Assembly (NCBI GenBank): GCA_023334545.1
Contig: JAADVB010000004.1
Coordinates: 1 to 64,000 of the forward strand
Source of the DNA: Salisapilia sapeloensis CBS 127946
Lineage: Eukaryota > Protista > Oomycota
Reading direction: 5' to 3'
Length of the DNA: 64,000 nucleotides
This document shows, in pieces, positions 9,240 through 19,689 of this stretch. Below the pieces are notes generated by a model that saw only the letters and a program-made list of their open reading frames with translations, searched no databases and was not told where the DNA came from. The first letter of the stretch is position 1. Each line of letters opens with the position of its first letter. The position numbers were made by a program, and so were the translations under genes.

Positions 9240-11790
9240 ATGCCTATTCACACCGATGGAGCTACGATCACGGAACGAAGTGTACGATCGGGAAAGCTTT
9301 CGAACGAGTATGAAGATTCTAGCGCGTCATTAGGCACAGAGCACCTGGACAACGATTATGTTACTCCCAAAAAGTCTGCAGTCTTGCCACTGCCGGTAAG
9401 TCCTAATTCGATTGAGAAGACGAGTCAACGCCCAGCGAGTCCGACTGCAGCTATCCCCCAAACCAACTTTTCGTTCAGATGTATATTCGGTATGTACGGT
9501 CCCCCGCTGTTAGCTCTTGCCACCATATCTTTCTTGTGGGTGGTATGGCTCATCACACTAAACCTATTTCCGAATGAAATTGCCAATATGTTAACGGATA
9601 CTTCTGACTATGACGATGGAGAATTTTGGCTGATTGGAACGTCAGACCTACCAATCATGGTCTTAAGTGTTTCATGTCTAATGCTGATCGCATTGCTGTA
9701 TGCAAAAGTTGTTATATTGCTTATCTTTCGGAGTGCAACCAAATCGAGCTTCAAGCAACAACATCGAATTGCTCGGAAGAAGTCATACTTTACCAGACTA
9801 TCAATCCTCCTCCATCCCATCAACGATATACTAGATTATGAGGGGCCATATCGCCGTCTATGGGTATGCATCAGTCTTTACTGTATCAACATTTTGCATT
9901 TATTCACCATGGCTCATTGACTCTTTTCGTTAGAATATTGGACAAGAATTTTTCGACATTGCATTGCAAGCCACAGCGCTCTACCGACTCATGGAGTCAG
10001 GCTCGCTCGAACTTATGTATGCCTGTGCAGCATTGATATTCTGTAATTCAATCTCATATGCTGGACTGATACTTTGCGGGAGACGCGTATCATCCTTCTC
10101 CGAAGCTGTGATTGGACTAGTGTATGTACATTCTACCTTTATGGTAGACTCACTACTCACCATAGTCCTCTCTAGATTTGACTCGACGGTTGCCGTTGGT
10201 TTCCCGATGACTGCTCTTTTCTTTTGCTACTCAAGTTTGAATTTGGACCACAAAGTGCTGAAGCTAAATAATGAGGTCTTTCCGCGAGGATATTTTGGCC
10301 GTATGGCTCGACTCGCGGCTGATCCGATTGAAACAGCACGTTTCCTCGTCAGCTTTCACGCCCTTTGCATTCGTCACTTTTCCGACTTTGTTGTGCAAAT
10401 AGCTCTGCACTTGTCATCTTCCTATCGTCTGATTCGGATCACGGAGACCTTAATATATGATGCTAGGTGCACCAGTACAAGCTCACAGCCAAAGGGTTCG
10501 ACAACAGAAAAGCGAAAGCAACTAGAAGTACCCCGAATAGTAGCTATACTATTCGTAGCATGTGCTGCTCTTGCGTTTATCGTTCCGATGGAGGCAGTCC
10601 GATACTCCGAAGCCGCTTGCTTGCACCATCCTCAGTGTGTCATCTTCGCGTATCGCTGGCAAACGACTGACAATTGTCCTTGTCTTGGACTCGTGGATAT
10701 TGGAAGAGCACCCAAGACCTATGATGAATGGCTGCAACCGAAGACTACTATGGAGACATTAAAAGAGCTGACGCGTTCAGGCGATCTACAAATATTAAAG
10801 ATTGTAAATCGAGGTGTCAAGGAGCTCCCGGAAGAAATGGCTTCCTGTACAAACCTACAACAAATGTATGTGAAAGCGCTTGTCTTCATCTACCCCACTT
10901 TCTCACAGCAATATATAACACGAAAACATCTAGGTACTTGATGTACACTGGACTGACGGAGATACCTGAATGGGGCAACGCATTTTCGAATCTTGAAATA
11001 TTGTACGTGAACTACGATTCAGTTTGTCGAACTATTTGATATAACTTATGATTATAGGCATATCGAAGGTCAAATGGATGGTACCAGTTTGGTTCATATT
11101 CCTGACAACTTCTTTGAAAATAAGCATCGCCTCGTCTTCCTTCATCTCGGTGTGCATCCTCATCTTAATAAGCTACCACCTTTGGATGGACTTGATAACC
11201 TGCGGACGCTAACACTTGCTCAATTTTATTCGCTTACAAGTTTACCATCGTTTGATAGCTTACGCAGCTTAAAGACACTTTTGATCGTATATACGCCAAA
11301 GCTGCGTTCTATCCCCAACTTTGGTCCAGGAGTTGATTTAAATCAGCTCGCTATTATATACCCTACTCCGCTCTGCTGTAACGGGTTTCTTGGGCAATGC
11401 AACCTGGATCATAAATATTGCCAAGCAAATCCGCTGACTGGATATTCGGCAGCGACATGCTTACCTGCTAATGCGACTACAGCAAATTCAAGGACATTAG
11501 AGCTGTTTAACCGATTCAACCCAATAGTGTGTCAGGTGCCAGAAGATCCAAACGAAGATGTTATATTTATTCCAACAGAGGAAAGTGTGAAGGTCTGTGA
11601 AGGTGTGATGTACAAGCAATGCTCCTTGGATGCGGGCTCCCCGCCTTCAATATGCTATAACCGCCGCTTAATGGCAATCTCATGCATTACTGATCCTATA
11701 TTCATTGAACTTCGGAAGCAACAAATTGAGAAAAAGATCGGTCCTCCATGTGATCCAGACGTCGAAGCATGGCTAGGCTGCGAACTGTAG
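9240..11790 (+). CDS. Multi-pass membrane protein with leucine-rich repeats and a Cys-rich C-terminus ending in EAWLGC (oomycete WLGC-type family), multi-exon
   Basis: Hydrophobic helices, LRRs (LPPLDGLDNLRTLTL, LPSFDSLRSLKTLLI) and terminal GPPCDPDVEAWLGCEL. A GT-AG intron at 9864-9933 joins RRLW to NIGQEFFDIAL in frame. Further short introns lie near 10110, 10866 and 11004. Confidence 0.8.
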
Positions 11791-12869
11791 ATGCTATGTA
11801 TTGGCTGAAGATCATCGTTTAATCGAATAAATCGTTTAATTAGATTTTTCATGCATTGCAAAGAATATTATTGCAAATATATAATTAATTACATATTCTC
11901 TATCGTCGAAGTTTGAAGGCGAATTTTGCCTCGTGTCATCTTTTCAGCTAGACAAGTCGGAGCAATTATAAGGATATTTAGATGTGCCCTTCCTTGCTGA
12001 AGCATAAAACACCTGTGAATACAGATAGATTACTCTACACACTATTCTTACTTATGAACCGACTTGAGCAAAATTAGCACAACTTTCTTTCATCATATGT
12101 TCGAGCCTTCTTCGTGATCACTTTAATGATCCAAGCTTTCAATGACATGTCCGTGCGAATATAACAAGCTCAGTTTAAATTGAAGTTCTTACGAATGTGT
12201 CACTCGTCATGATGGTGGAGCTTAACTCTATCTTACACGCAATCAGAATTTAAATACATTATCTTTGTTGTTTTCTAGATACTCGTCGTCAATAGGCATT
12301 CCCCATGGCAGTTGCACCAATATTAAATCAACAATGTTATTTTCGGAGATGAGGAGCTATCTAAAGCACAAACGCTCTAAGATGGCTATTTGGTGTGAGT
12401 GCAGATAAGCGACGAATGATCCTGCGATCACTATTGCAAGTATCAGAAGATTTAAAAGGATGATGGCTCCATCCAAGCTTACACGAATGGTATTTACAAT
12501 GGCGTGGCAACCACAAGAGTGTGAAGACTCACAACAACGCTAAGCTAATAGCCTACGTGTACACGTTGTAAAAGTTCTTACAAGCTATTATATGAACGAG
12601 AACGCTTGGTCCTTCGACCGTAGTAGCTGATGTGATTGCCCTGAAGAGAAGGACCCATCAAGTAAAACTTGACAATGAATCTTCGACTCCATGTAGGTTT
12701 CTAAATGTTCAGCTTGGCTTACCATTGACTTCACATATTGTCGAAGGGACTTTGTCCGATTGCGAAATGAAAAGTGGAAATGAGTAAAAGATAGAAGAGC
12801 ATAAGCTTGCTTTAAAGCTTTATCTGACGACACTCTATATATCCTCCAATTGTAGTCGACCCCCGCTAT

Positions 12870-14885
12870 CTAAACAAGCATGTTCTTAGGAGCCAAGACG
12901 ATACCTATATGAGGGCTCGAATGATGATGTTGATTAAATGGGGAGTCTGCACTTCCAGCCCACATTCGCAAGGACGCTGCTCCTCCATGTCGTTTCTGCA
13001 TCACTGTTTCATTATTATCAGATTTCCTTCCATCGGCATGGACCCTTGTCAAATATCCGAATTTCTGTCGTGCTTTTTCCTTTACTCGAGCACGCTGCTT
13101 CCACTCTTTGATTCGGATATCTTGCTCCCGCTGCTCCCTCATGTCTGACAAGAGCCTTTGAGTGCGTTCGTATCGAAATTCTCTCTTACTCTTACGCTCC
13201 TTGGCCTCTGCGGCCGCCAATGAATCATTATCATGCATAAGCGGCTTTAGCAGTCTAGCATTCGTCGAGACAAAGCGGTCTGTCTCTGGGAGATATAATG
13301 CAGAGTCGGTAGCTACACCGTTTCCACCATATCCTATGCGTGTCCAGTCAGTCCATTCCATCCTTTTGTATCGGAATCGATCTTGGGACACCGCTTCAAG
13401 CTCGTTTAACAAAGGCGGGGCTTTCAACCCGTCCATAGTTGGCGAAAGACTTGGAGATTTCTGGAGGGCAATTTTCGCGACATCTTGGCATTCGATCTGC
13501 TTTTCAAAAATTGGGGAAGCAGCAATGCGCTTGGCAAGGTTTTCTTGCATGCAACCAGACGCTAGATCTTCTCGAATCGCTATCGCAGGAGTATTTGCAT
13601 CCGCAAGCGCTTTTGCTCGTCTTGCAAAATACTCTGGATCAACCTCTTCGCGAGGTGTCGATGGAGCTTCCACTTTTTCCCGAAGACAAGTTACTTCACG
13701 AGCTCGAGCCTCACCGATCATATCAAATGCAGGCTTGCGGTTCCCCATGGCAAAGTATATCGACAACTCTCGCATGCTGAGTTTCTTATCACCATCTCGA
13801 TCAATGTTTTGGGCCAACTCTATAGTGTCTTCGTCTGATATATTAAGCTTTAAGAAATCTTTTCCAAGAGCTTGCTGGAGCTCCTCGTAAGACAAATAGC
13901 CATCAGCGTCTGCATCGAATTGCTTAAATGCATGGACAAGTAATTGCTCCACTTTGCCGCTATGTACGGATACTTGATGACCATGCTTTACAAAAAGCTC
14001 CCTAACAATGCGATCTCGAAGTTGATTCATTTTCATTCGAGAATGCGGCGTGAGGGGAAGCGGTGGTCGAAATTTTAATGCGCACGATGAGCTTGGGTCA
14101 TATGCTACGTTCGACTGCGACGATGGATCAAAAGAACTCACATGCTCTTGATCACCCGTCGCGAATAAGTTTACAAATTCGTCAAAGGCAATGGCATTAT
14201 CACCGTTCGCATCTGCCTTCCGATAGAGCAGTTCCAGCTCACTTCTTGATAAATCTATATCGCAGACTTCAGCCATCTCATGGAAACGTTGGATGGATAT
14301 TAGACCATGGTTCTTTGGGTCAAAGGCCCTGAAAACTGCCCGCATCGATCCGTAATTGCTAATAAATGCATCAGAAAGCTGTTGGCGATACTTTTCCAAA
14401 GCTTCATCGTCTACCATGGACGACGCCGAACCAGAAGCATCTTGAAGGTTATCCATAGATGCCCGTGGTAATTGAGGGACACTTCGAGTTCCATTTGATG
14501 ATAACAATTGTCGGGTAGTTTTCCTTGTCTTATCTTTAGAGACGGAGAGTTGAGATGTGGATCCGCGACGCTGCACTCCAAGGCTCTTCAGCTCACTCCG
14601 AAGTGAGGATGTAGATCTCGACTTGGACGCTTTGACCAGATCCAAGTTAGACTCGCAAGTCCGCATAATCGCGTCTGAAACATTTAGATTTCGTGCAACA
14701 TTAGCATTGCACTCGTCTGCGTCGCAACTTCCATAGCGCTTGTGATGATGGTGACGATGCGTGTGCTCAAATGAGTGCTTGGCGACATTCGTCACGCCCA
14801 CTTGGATCCGTTTTCTTTGTCGGAATGACAGTTGAGCATGAGAGGTTCCCATGGTTGGCTTTCCACCTCGTCGAGTGACTTCCAT
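12870..14885 (-). CDS. EF-hand calcium-binding protein (671 aa)
   Basis: EF loops FDPKNHGLISIQRF, ADANGDNAIAFDEF, FDADADGYLSYEEL and IDRDGDKKLSMREL in a long uninterrupted ORF. Confidence 0.85.
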   Translation of the reverse strand: MEVTRRGGKPTMGTSHAQLSFRQRKRIQVGVTNVAKHSFEHTHRHHHHKRYGSCDADECNANVARNLNVSDAIMRTCESNLDLVKASKSRSTSSLRSELKSLGVQRRGSTSQLSVSKDKTRKTTRQLLSSNGTRSVPQLPRASMDNLQDASGSASSMVDDEALEKYRQQLSDAFISNYGSMRAVFRAFDPKNHGLISIQRFHEMAEVCDIDLSRSELELLYRKADANGDNAIAFDEFVNLFATGDQEHVSSFDPSSQSNVAYDPSSSCALKFRPPLPLTPHSRMKMNQLRDRIVRELFVKHGHQVSVHSGKVEQLLVHAFKQFDADADGYLSYEELQQALGKDFLKLNISDEDTIELAQNIDRDGDKKLSMRELSIYFAMGNRKPAFDMIGEARAREVTCLREKVEAPSTPREEVDPEYFARRAKALADANTPAIAIREDLASGCMQENLAKRIAASPIFEKQIECQDVAKIALQKSPSLSPTMDGLKAPPLLNELEAVSQDRFRYKRMEWTDWTRIGYGGNGVATDSALYLPETDRFVSTNARLLKPLMHDNDSLAAAEAKERKSKREFRYERTQRLLSDMREQREQDIRIKEWKQRARVKEKARQKFGYLTRVHADGRKSDNNETVMQKRHGGAASLRMWAGSADSPFNQHHHSSPHIGIVLAPKNMLV

Positions 14886-15315
14886 CTTTGACTATGGCCT
14901 GGGCAGATCTTTTCACCATGCATAAGAAGCGATGGGTCGAAACCTAAAAATATCTTTTCGTACTAGATTCATTTGTCATTAACATCGCTTCTGCTACTGA
15001 ACGAGCACGTTTCTGCTATAAGGAGAATATTCTAATTTAATTTTCTTTCACTCCCTGCCTTGAAGCTCTTTCTTCTACAACCTGGGCCAGACAAAGATCT
15101 CGCAATGTATGATCGCCATAGTAACCTGACGATCCTTTGAGCTGAATGCAAATGCGAAAAAAGAAAAGCAAAATTCTGCTTGATCGTAGCAAAGCACGAC
15201 AGTCATCCAACTTTAAAAACTTCTAGGTAGACACCGTCAGCTATCTTGTCAACTTGGCTATTGTTTTAGTATCGAAGTAAAAGTAGCGAAAACGAAAAAT
15301 TCAACAAGTTGCCTC

Positions 15316-18300
15316 CTAGCTCTGCAACGCCTGCTCCAATGTGCTTTCTGTCTTGATCGCCTGTTCCCGTACGTCAATGTCACTCTCCGTCTCGTCATTC
15401 GCCAGCTGCTTCACGATCTCCAAAGCGCTTTGGGTCATCTGTGCATCCCCGAGCTTTGGTGCCAGCAGCGCTAGTGACCGCAGCGCTCGGAAACGGAGGT
15501 TGGGCGTACGGCTCGTACACTCGTCGACGACGGCTTCCACAGCTTCCCGCAGCTTGCCTAGTTCCTCTAATTGCGGCGAAAGTTCCTCCAGCGCCCTCAG
15601 CGCCGTCACTCTGCTGTGGAAAGTACCACGCAGCAACTGAGAGACGGCAGGAGCTGCTTGGCTTGAAAGCCATTCCTGACCGAGCGCCTTGACTAGCAGA
15701 GGCAACCGCTGGCAGCACTCGACACGCACTTCGTAGACCGAGTCGGTTAGCATGCTGAGGAGCCCAGTGGCAAAGTCCGGTGCAATATCGCTCTTGTTCG
15801 ACTCGCGCTCTGCAAATGCCGACACACAGTGCACGTACTTGAGTCGGACACGCCAATTCGCCGAGTCCTTGAGACTACGGATAGCAGGTAGCGCCAGCGA
15901 CGTGATCGTGTCGGAGGAACTGTCACCGTGTCGAGCCATCTGCTCCAGGAGCGTTGCTCGAGTCGTCGGGTCCTGGGCGTCATCTAGGAACTGAGTGAAG
16001 ATCGGCACAAGGTCCTCATAGCTGTGGCCACTGATGAGCGAAAGCGACTTGCCGAGCGACTGTGCCAGCGCCAGTCGAACTGCGACCGACGAGTCCGTCG
16101 CCAGACTGTACGTCGCCGGGAGGACGGAGCGCACGATCTTTGTCTGCGCTTGCTGCAACTGATCGTCGCCTCCCTCCAACGACAAGCGCTCCACCGACTT
16201 CTCCACATCCATGTCGGAGCTTCCGTTCTCTTCAGATCTGGCCAACGCAATGAGCGCTTGACCAATGGGGTAGACGTTCTCAGCACACGTACGACGCACC
16301 TCGACAGTCTGATCTCGTACCATACCGACAAAGTGATCCACGAACACGTCCGTGTATTCGCTACCAAACACACGCAGCAACTCTGGCAGAGTGCGAGAGG
16401 CCTCCAGACGTACCTGCCATGAAGAGTCCGAAACGTACGTGTTCACCATGGGCACCATTTGGCAATACAAGAGTCGAAGTGGTTCGCCCGACGGCTCATC
16501 GCTAAAGATGTGACCCAAGTGCCGAGCTAGCTGGACGCACGCCTTGACGGCGAATATGCGCACAATGTCGTGACTGTCGGTCGTCGCCTTGTCCAGCAGC
16601 TGGACACTCCATGAGGCAATGTCTGCGCCGGCAGCTTTCGCTAAATCAGCAATGATGGCAGTCACAGCGCGTCGGACCAACGGATTATCATCTCCGCATA
16701 GCCTGTCGAGCATGCCTCGTAGCTGAACCAGGACATCGCCGTCCATGCAAGGGTAAAGTAAAGGCAGTAGAGCCACTGGTACGATGCGAGCTGTGGGACT
16801 GGCGCTGACGCTGAGTCGAGCGACCATCGGCGCAAAGATCAGACGCACTTGGTTGTCATTGAGAGACGCAAGCAGCAGCTTGTACGCGCTGACCATGACG
16901 TCCCACGTGGCGTGGTTCTCGATGATGCTCAGACTCTCTAGGACTTGGAGCACAACAGACAAGAGCAGCTCATAGCGACTTCGGAATGCCAAGCTCTGGT
17001 CTTCCGCTGGGCTCTTCATCACCTGCGCATGCATCTCGGCACAACGCTTGGCCAGCCAACCAAAGAACTTGATGGTCCGAATGACCGTGCTTTCGCCCTT
17101 GTCTTCGTATTCGTGGATGGTCGCAAAAAGGTTAAGCAGAAACTGCCGCTCTGCGCACATGTCTCCTTCCCGCTCTTCCTCCATGTCTTCCGCTTCCTTG
17201 AGTAGGACCGCATCCCATTCCACAAGAGGTGGCAGCAGTCGGTCCAACGGATCATCCTCGTTCAAATCTCGACGAACACTGTACCCACTCTCGTTTAAGT
17301 ACTGGAATAGAGCTGCTGTGACGGCACGAGGCAGGACGAGCAAGGCTCGATGCATCTTCGCCTGCAGTACGCGGAAAGACATACGGTCCTTTTCGGCAAT
17401 CGGCTGCTCCGTCTTCGGCTGCCGAACACTAGCTGTGAGCTGTCGACGTAGCTGTTTGTACGTGTCGGACGGAATTTGAACCAACTCCAGGTGCAGCGGT
17501 CTCTCGGCAGTCTCGATCAATCGCAACGTCTCCTTATGCGTCAGTCCCGTGATGCTCTCGTGGTTGATCCCAACAAGCCAGCTGCATTTCTTCACATCTG
17601 CCTTCTCGGCAGCACCGCCAGGCTTAATATCCACGACAATCGTACGTTCCAATACATTCTCGACAGTCAGACCGAGTGGCCCGGCCGGAATAGTGGACGT
17701 GTAAGGAGCGGAATGCATGCAGCGGAAGCCGTCGGACGGATCGTAGTCGCTGCCGATGATGTCCCGAAAGTCGCTTATTTTGCGATTGTCATCCAGGTGC
17801 TCGTCCACTGCGTTATCCAGGTTGAACTCGTGCTTGACGAGTAAGTCCACGACTGGTTTGATCTCGACAGACGAGTCTCCAAGCGCGTCCAGCATGGAAT
17901 CCACGTGATGAATGAGCAGCTGAAGACCGTACTTTGGATCGACTTTGCCAACAACTTTCGACGGACGCTGCTCGTGTGCCTCCATGTCCACATCTTCGTC
18001 GCTCTCCATTACTTGCTTTGTCTGCTCTAGAGGACTTTCAAAGGGTGTGTCTCCACCACTCTGCGGCGAAAGCGACGGAGACGGCGGGAGTCCGTTGCTA
18101 ATCTCCGGTGCCTTGCCTTCAGCTTCTTTCAGAGTTACTTCTGTGACTTTTTCCATCGCTGCCGACGCTTCTTCCATCGGCGCCGTCGGCGGAGAACCAG
18201 GCGCTGGTTGCTGGTGTTCCGGAGCACGACGGAACCGCAGCGTAGACGGCACTGGAACGGACGGTAGACATAATTGCTCGACGATGGTGGCGCAATTGTG

Positions 18301-19134
18301 CGGCGTGATGACCGTGTCACGGAACATGAGAAGCACGTCGGATTTGAGGATGCCGTGCGCTGCGGCAGCACCTTGTGGATCGACTGACTGGACGACAGCA
18401 CGCCCAAAGACGTTCCCGATCTGCCACTTGAAGTTCTCTTCCACCATAATCACCTCATAGGTGTCTGGGCCGGTCAAGGCCTCTGGTTCATTCGAGGATT
18501 CGTGTGGAGTGACAACTGGAGAGTTTTCGGGAGTTGACGGAGGCGTCCGAGCTGCATTTGGACTCAGCGGCGTCAGCGGCGTCAGGTGGGATGGAGAAAT
18601 AGGCTGTTCCGTAGAGTCTGCTGGTAGCTCTTGGGTGCTGGTGGCAGTAGCAGGGTCGTGTCCTGGTCCCTGTAAGTGTACAGAAGTTGTTCCGTTGGGT
18701 GTATGGTTGACGGCCGCACCGTCGTCTTCACCATTCCTGGAAGAAGCAAAAGCATCGTCTCCACCGTTCTCAGCAAAGTAGATTTCAACTGACTTTTGTA
18801 AATTGTTTTTCGACCTCTTGAGCAAGTCATGAATAGTGTCAAGTGGGACTTGTCCGCCGAGGAGGTCGTTCAACTCTTTGGCAGAGTCGGTCCACTGGTC
18901 CTTGCTATCAATACGTTTCGCGTCTTGCTTGGCGTCTTCTTCGCTATCTTTTACGCCGTTCTGACCGGCATGCCCATTTGCTGCCTCTACCTGAAAGAAG
19001 AGGTCAACAGCTTTATTCGGGTCGTTATTCGCTTCCTTGAGCAGCGCCAGGATTCGGTCCTTGGAGACACCGGCGTCGTTGGGGCCGAGGATGGCTCGGA
19101 TGGCTTCCACCAGACTCTCCTGCTGTTGATCCAT
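15316..19134 (-). CDS. PP2A scaffold (PR65/A)-like HEAT-repeat protein with N-terminal UBA/CUE-like and PDZ-like domains (1272 aa)
   Basis: C-terminal HEAT series DDNPLVRRA, DSHDIVRIFAVKAC, DSSWQVR, DQTVEVR, ANWRVRL, DSVYEVR, TPNLRFRALRSL, DIDVREQA follows the PR65/A order. PDZ motif PAGPLGLTV...GGAAEKADV...LVGIN. Three UBA-like helical segments. Confidence 0.8.
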   Translation of the reverse strand: MDQQQESLVEAIRAILGPNDAGVSKDRILALLKEANNDPNKAVDLFFQVEAANGHAGQNGVKDSEEDAKQDAKRIDSKDQWTDSAKELNDLLGGQVPLDTIHDLLKRSKNNLQKSVEIYFAENGGDDAFASSRNGEDDGAAVNHTPNGTTSVHLQGPGHDPATATSTQELPADSTEQPISPSHLTPLTPLSPNAARTPPSTPENSPVVTPHESSNEPEALTGPDTYEVIMVEENFKWQIGNVFGRAVVQSVDPQGAAAAHGILKSDVLLMFRDTVITPHNCATIVEQLCLPSVPVPSTLRFRRAPEHQQPAPGSPPTAPMEEASAAMEKVTEVTLKEAEGKAPEISNGLPPSPSLSPQSGGDTPFESPLEQTKQVMESDEDVDMEAHEQRPSKVVGKVDPKYGLQLLIHHVDSMLDALGDSSVEIKPVVDLLVKHEFNLDNAVDEHLDDNRKISDFRDIIGSDYDPSDGFRCMHSAPYTSTIPAGPLGLTVENVLERTIVVDIKPGGAAEKADVKKCSWLVGINHESITGLTHKETLRLIETAERPLHLELVQIPSDTYKQLRRQLTASVRQPKTEQPIAEKDRMSFRVLQAKMHRALLVLPRAVTAALFQYLNESGYSVRRDLNEDDPLDRLLPPLVEWDAVLLKEAEDMEEEREGDMCAERQFLLNLFATIHEYEDKGESTVIRTIKFFGWLAKRCAEMHAQVMKSPAEDQSLAFRSRYELLLSVVLQVLESLSIIENHATWDVMVSAYKLLLASLNDNQVRLIFAPMVARLSVSASPTARIVPVALLPLLYPCMDGDVLVQLRGMLDRLCGDDNPLVRRAVTAIIADLAKAAGADIASWSVQLLDKATTDSHDIVRIFAVKACVQLARHLGHIFSDEPSGEPLRLLYCQMVPMVNTYVSDSSWQVRLEASRTLPELLRVFGSEYTDVFVDHFVGMVRDQTVEVRRTCAENVYPIGQALIALARSEENGSSDMDVEKSVERLSLEGGDDQLQQAQTKIVRSVLPATYSLATDSSVAVRLALAQSLGKSLSLISGHSYEDLVPIFTQFLDDAQDPTTRATLLEQMARHGDSSSDTITSLALPAIRSLKDSANWRVRLKYVHCVSAFAERESNKSDIAPDFATGLLSMLTDSVYEVRVECCQRLPLLVKALGQEWLSSQAAPAVSQLLRGTFHSRVTALRALEELSPQLEELGKLREAVEAVVDECTSRTPNLRFRALRSLALLAPKLGDAQMTQSALEIVKQLANDETESDIDVREQAIKTESTLEQALQS

Positions 19135-19689
19135 GATTTATTCTACAAATTTATCGTGAATGGGTAAAAATGATATCAAGTCGAGCAATCCACGCACCGA
19201 TCTTGACCAACGTCTGGATATACGAGTCTTGTGCGTTTCAAGAGAAAGTTACAAGAAAGGTGGGCAGGGCAATGTCGTTCCTCCGGTGCGGATGGGCTAG
19301 AGAAACAGTCGTGAGAAAAGTGTACGCGCTGAGAGGAGGGAGCGTGTGCTGCTACTTTCTCCGTCCTGCTTCAGCGCTGGCTTCGTGTGTTTTAGGAGGC
19401 GTTCTCTTGATTTCAGACTGCTCTTATTGGTACAATATGAGACGGACCGAATGATAACGAAGCGCCTTGGGGCTCGAGCGCGATGGATCCAGAGCTGCTA
19501 GTTGCAACATCGCATGTGTATCTACAGAGCACTCTTTATAACAAGTTACCATAGGTGGAGGTACCCCGAGAAGGTCAACTGACCCGCCGCTTGTGGTAGC
19601 CTAGATGGTATCATTAGTCGCATCAAGCTGTCTGTTAAGGAAACGTTCGTAACCAGATCGGGTACAAAACGACCGAAAGCTGACAGGAG

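Noticed and set aside
12358-12833. Minus-strand frames with a TM-like stretch (GAIILLNLLILAIVIAGSFVAYL) and an 81-aa ORF
   Set aside because: No ATG for the hydrophobic frame, no splice combination I tried kept the frames open, and no family motif was found. Not supportable as a gene without transcripts.
15341-18781. Numerous 60-170 aa antisense and alternate-frame ORFs over long genes (also over ACOX, the lipase, GGNBP2, WDR27 and 56288-57631)
   Set aside because: These are typical shadow ORFs of GC3-rich coding sequence. They have low-complexity Ser/Arg translations, no motifs, and are fully explained by the main CDS.
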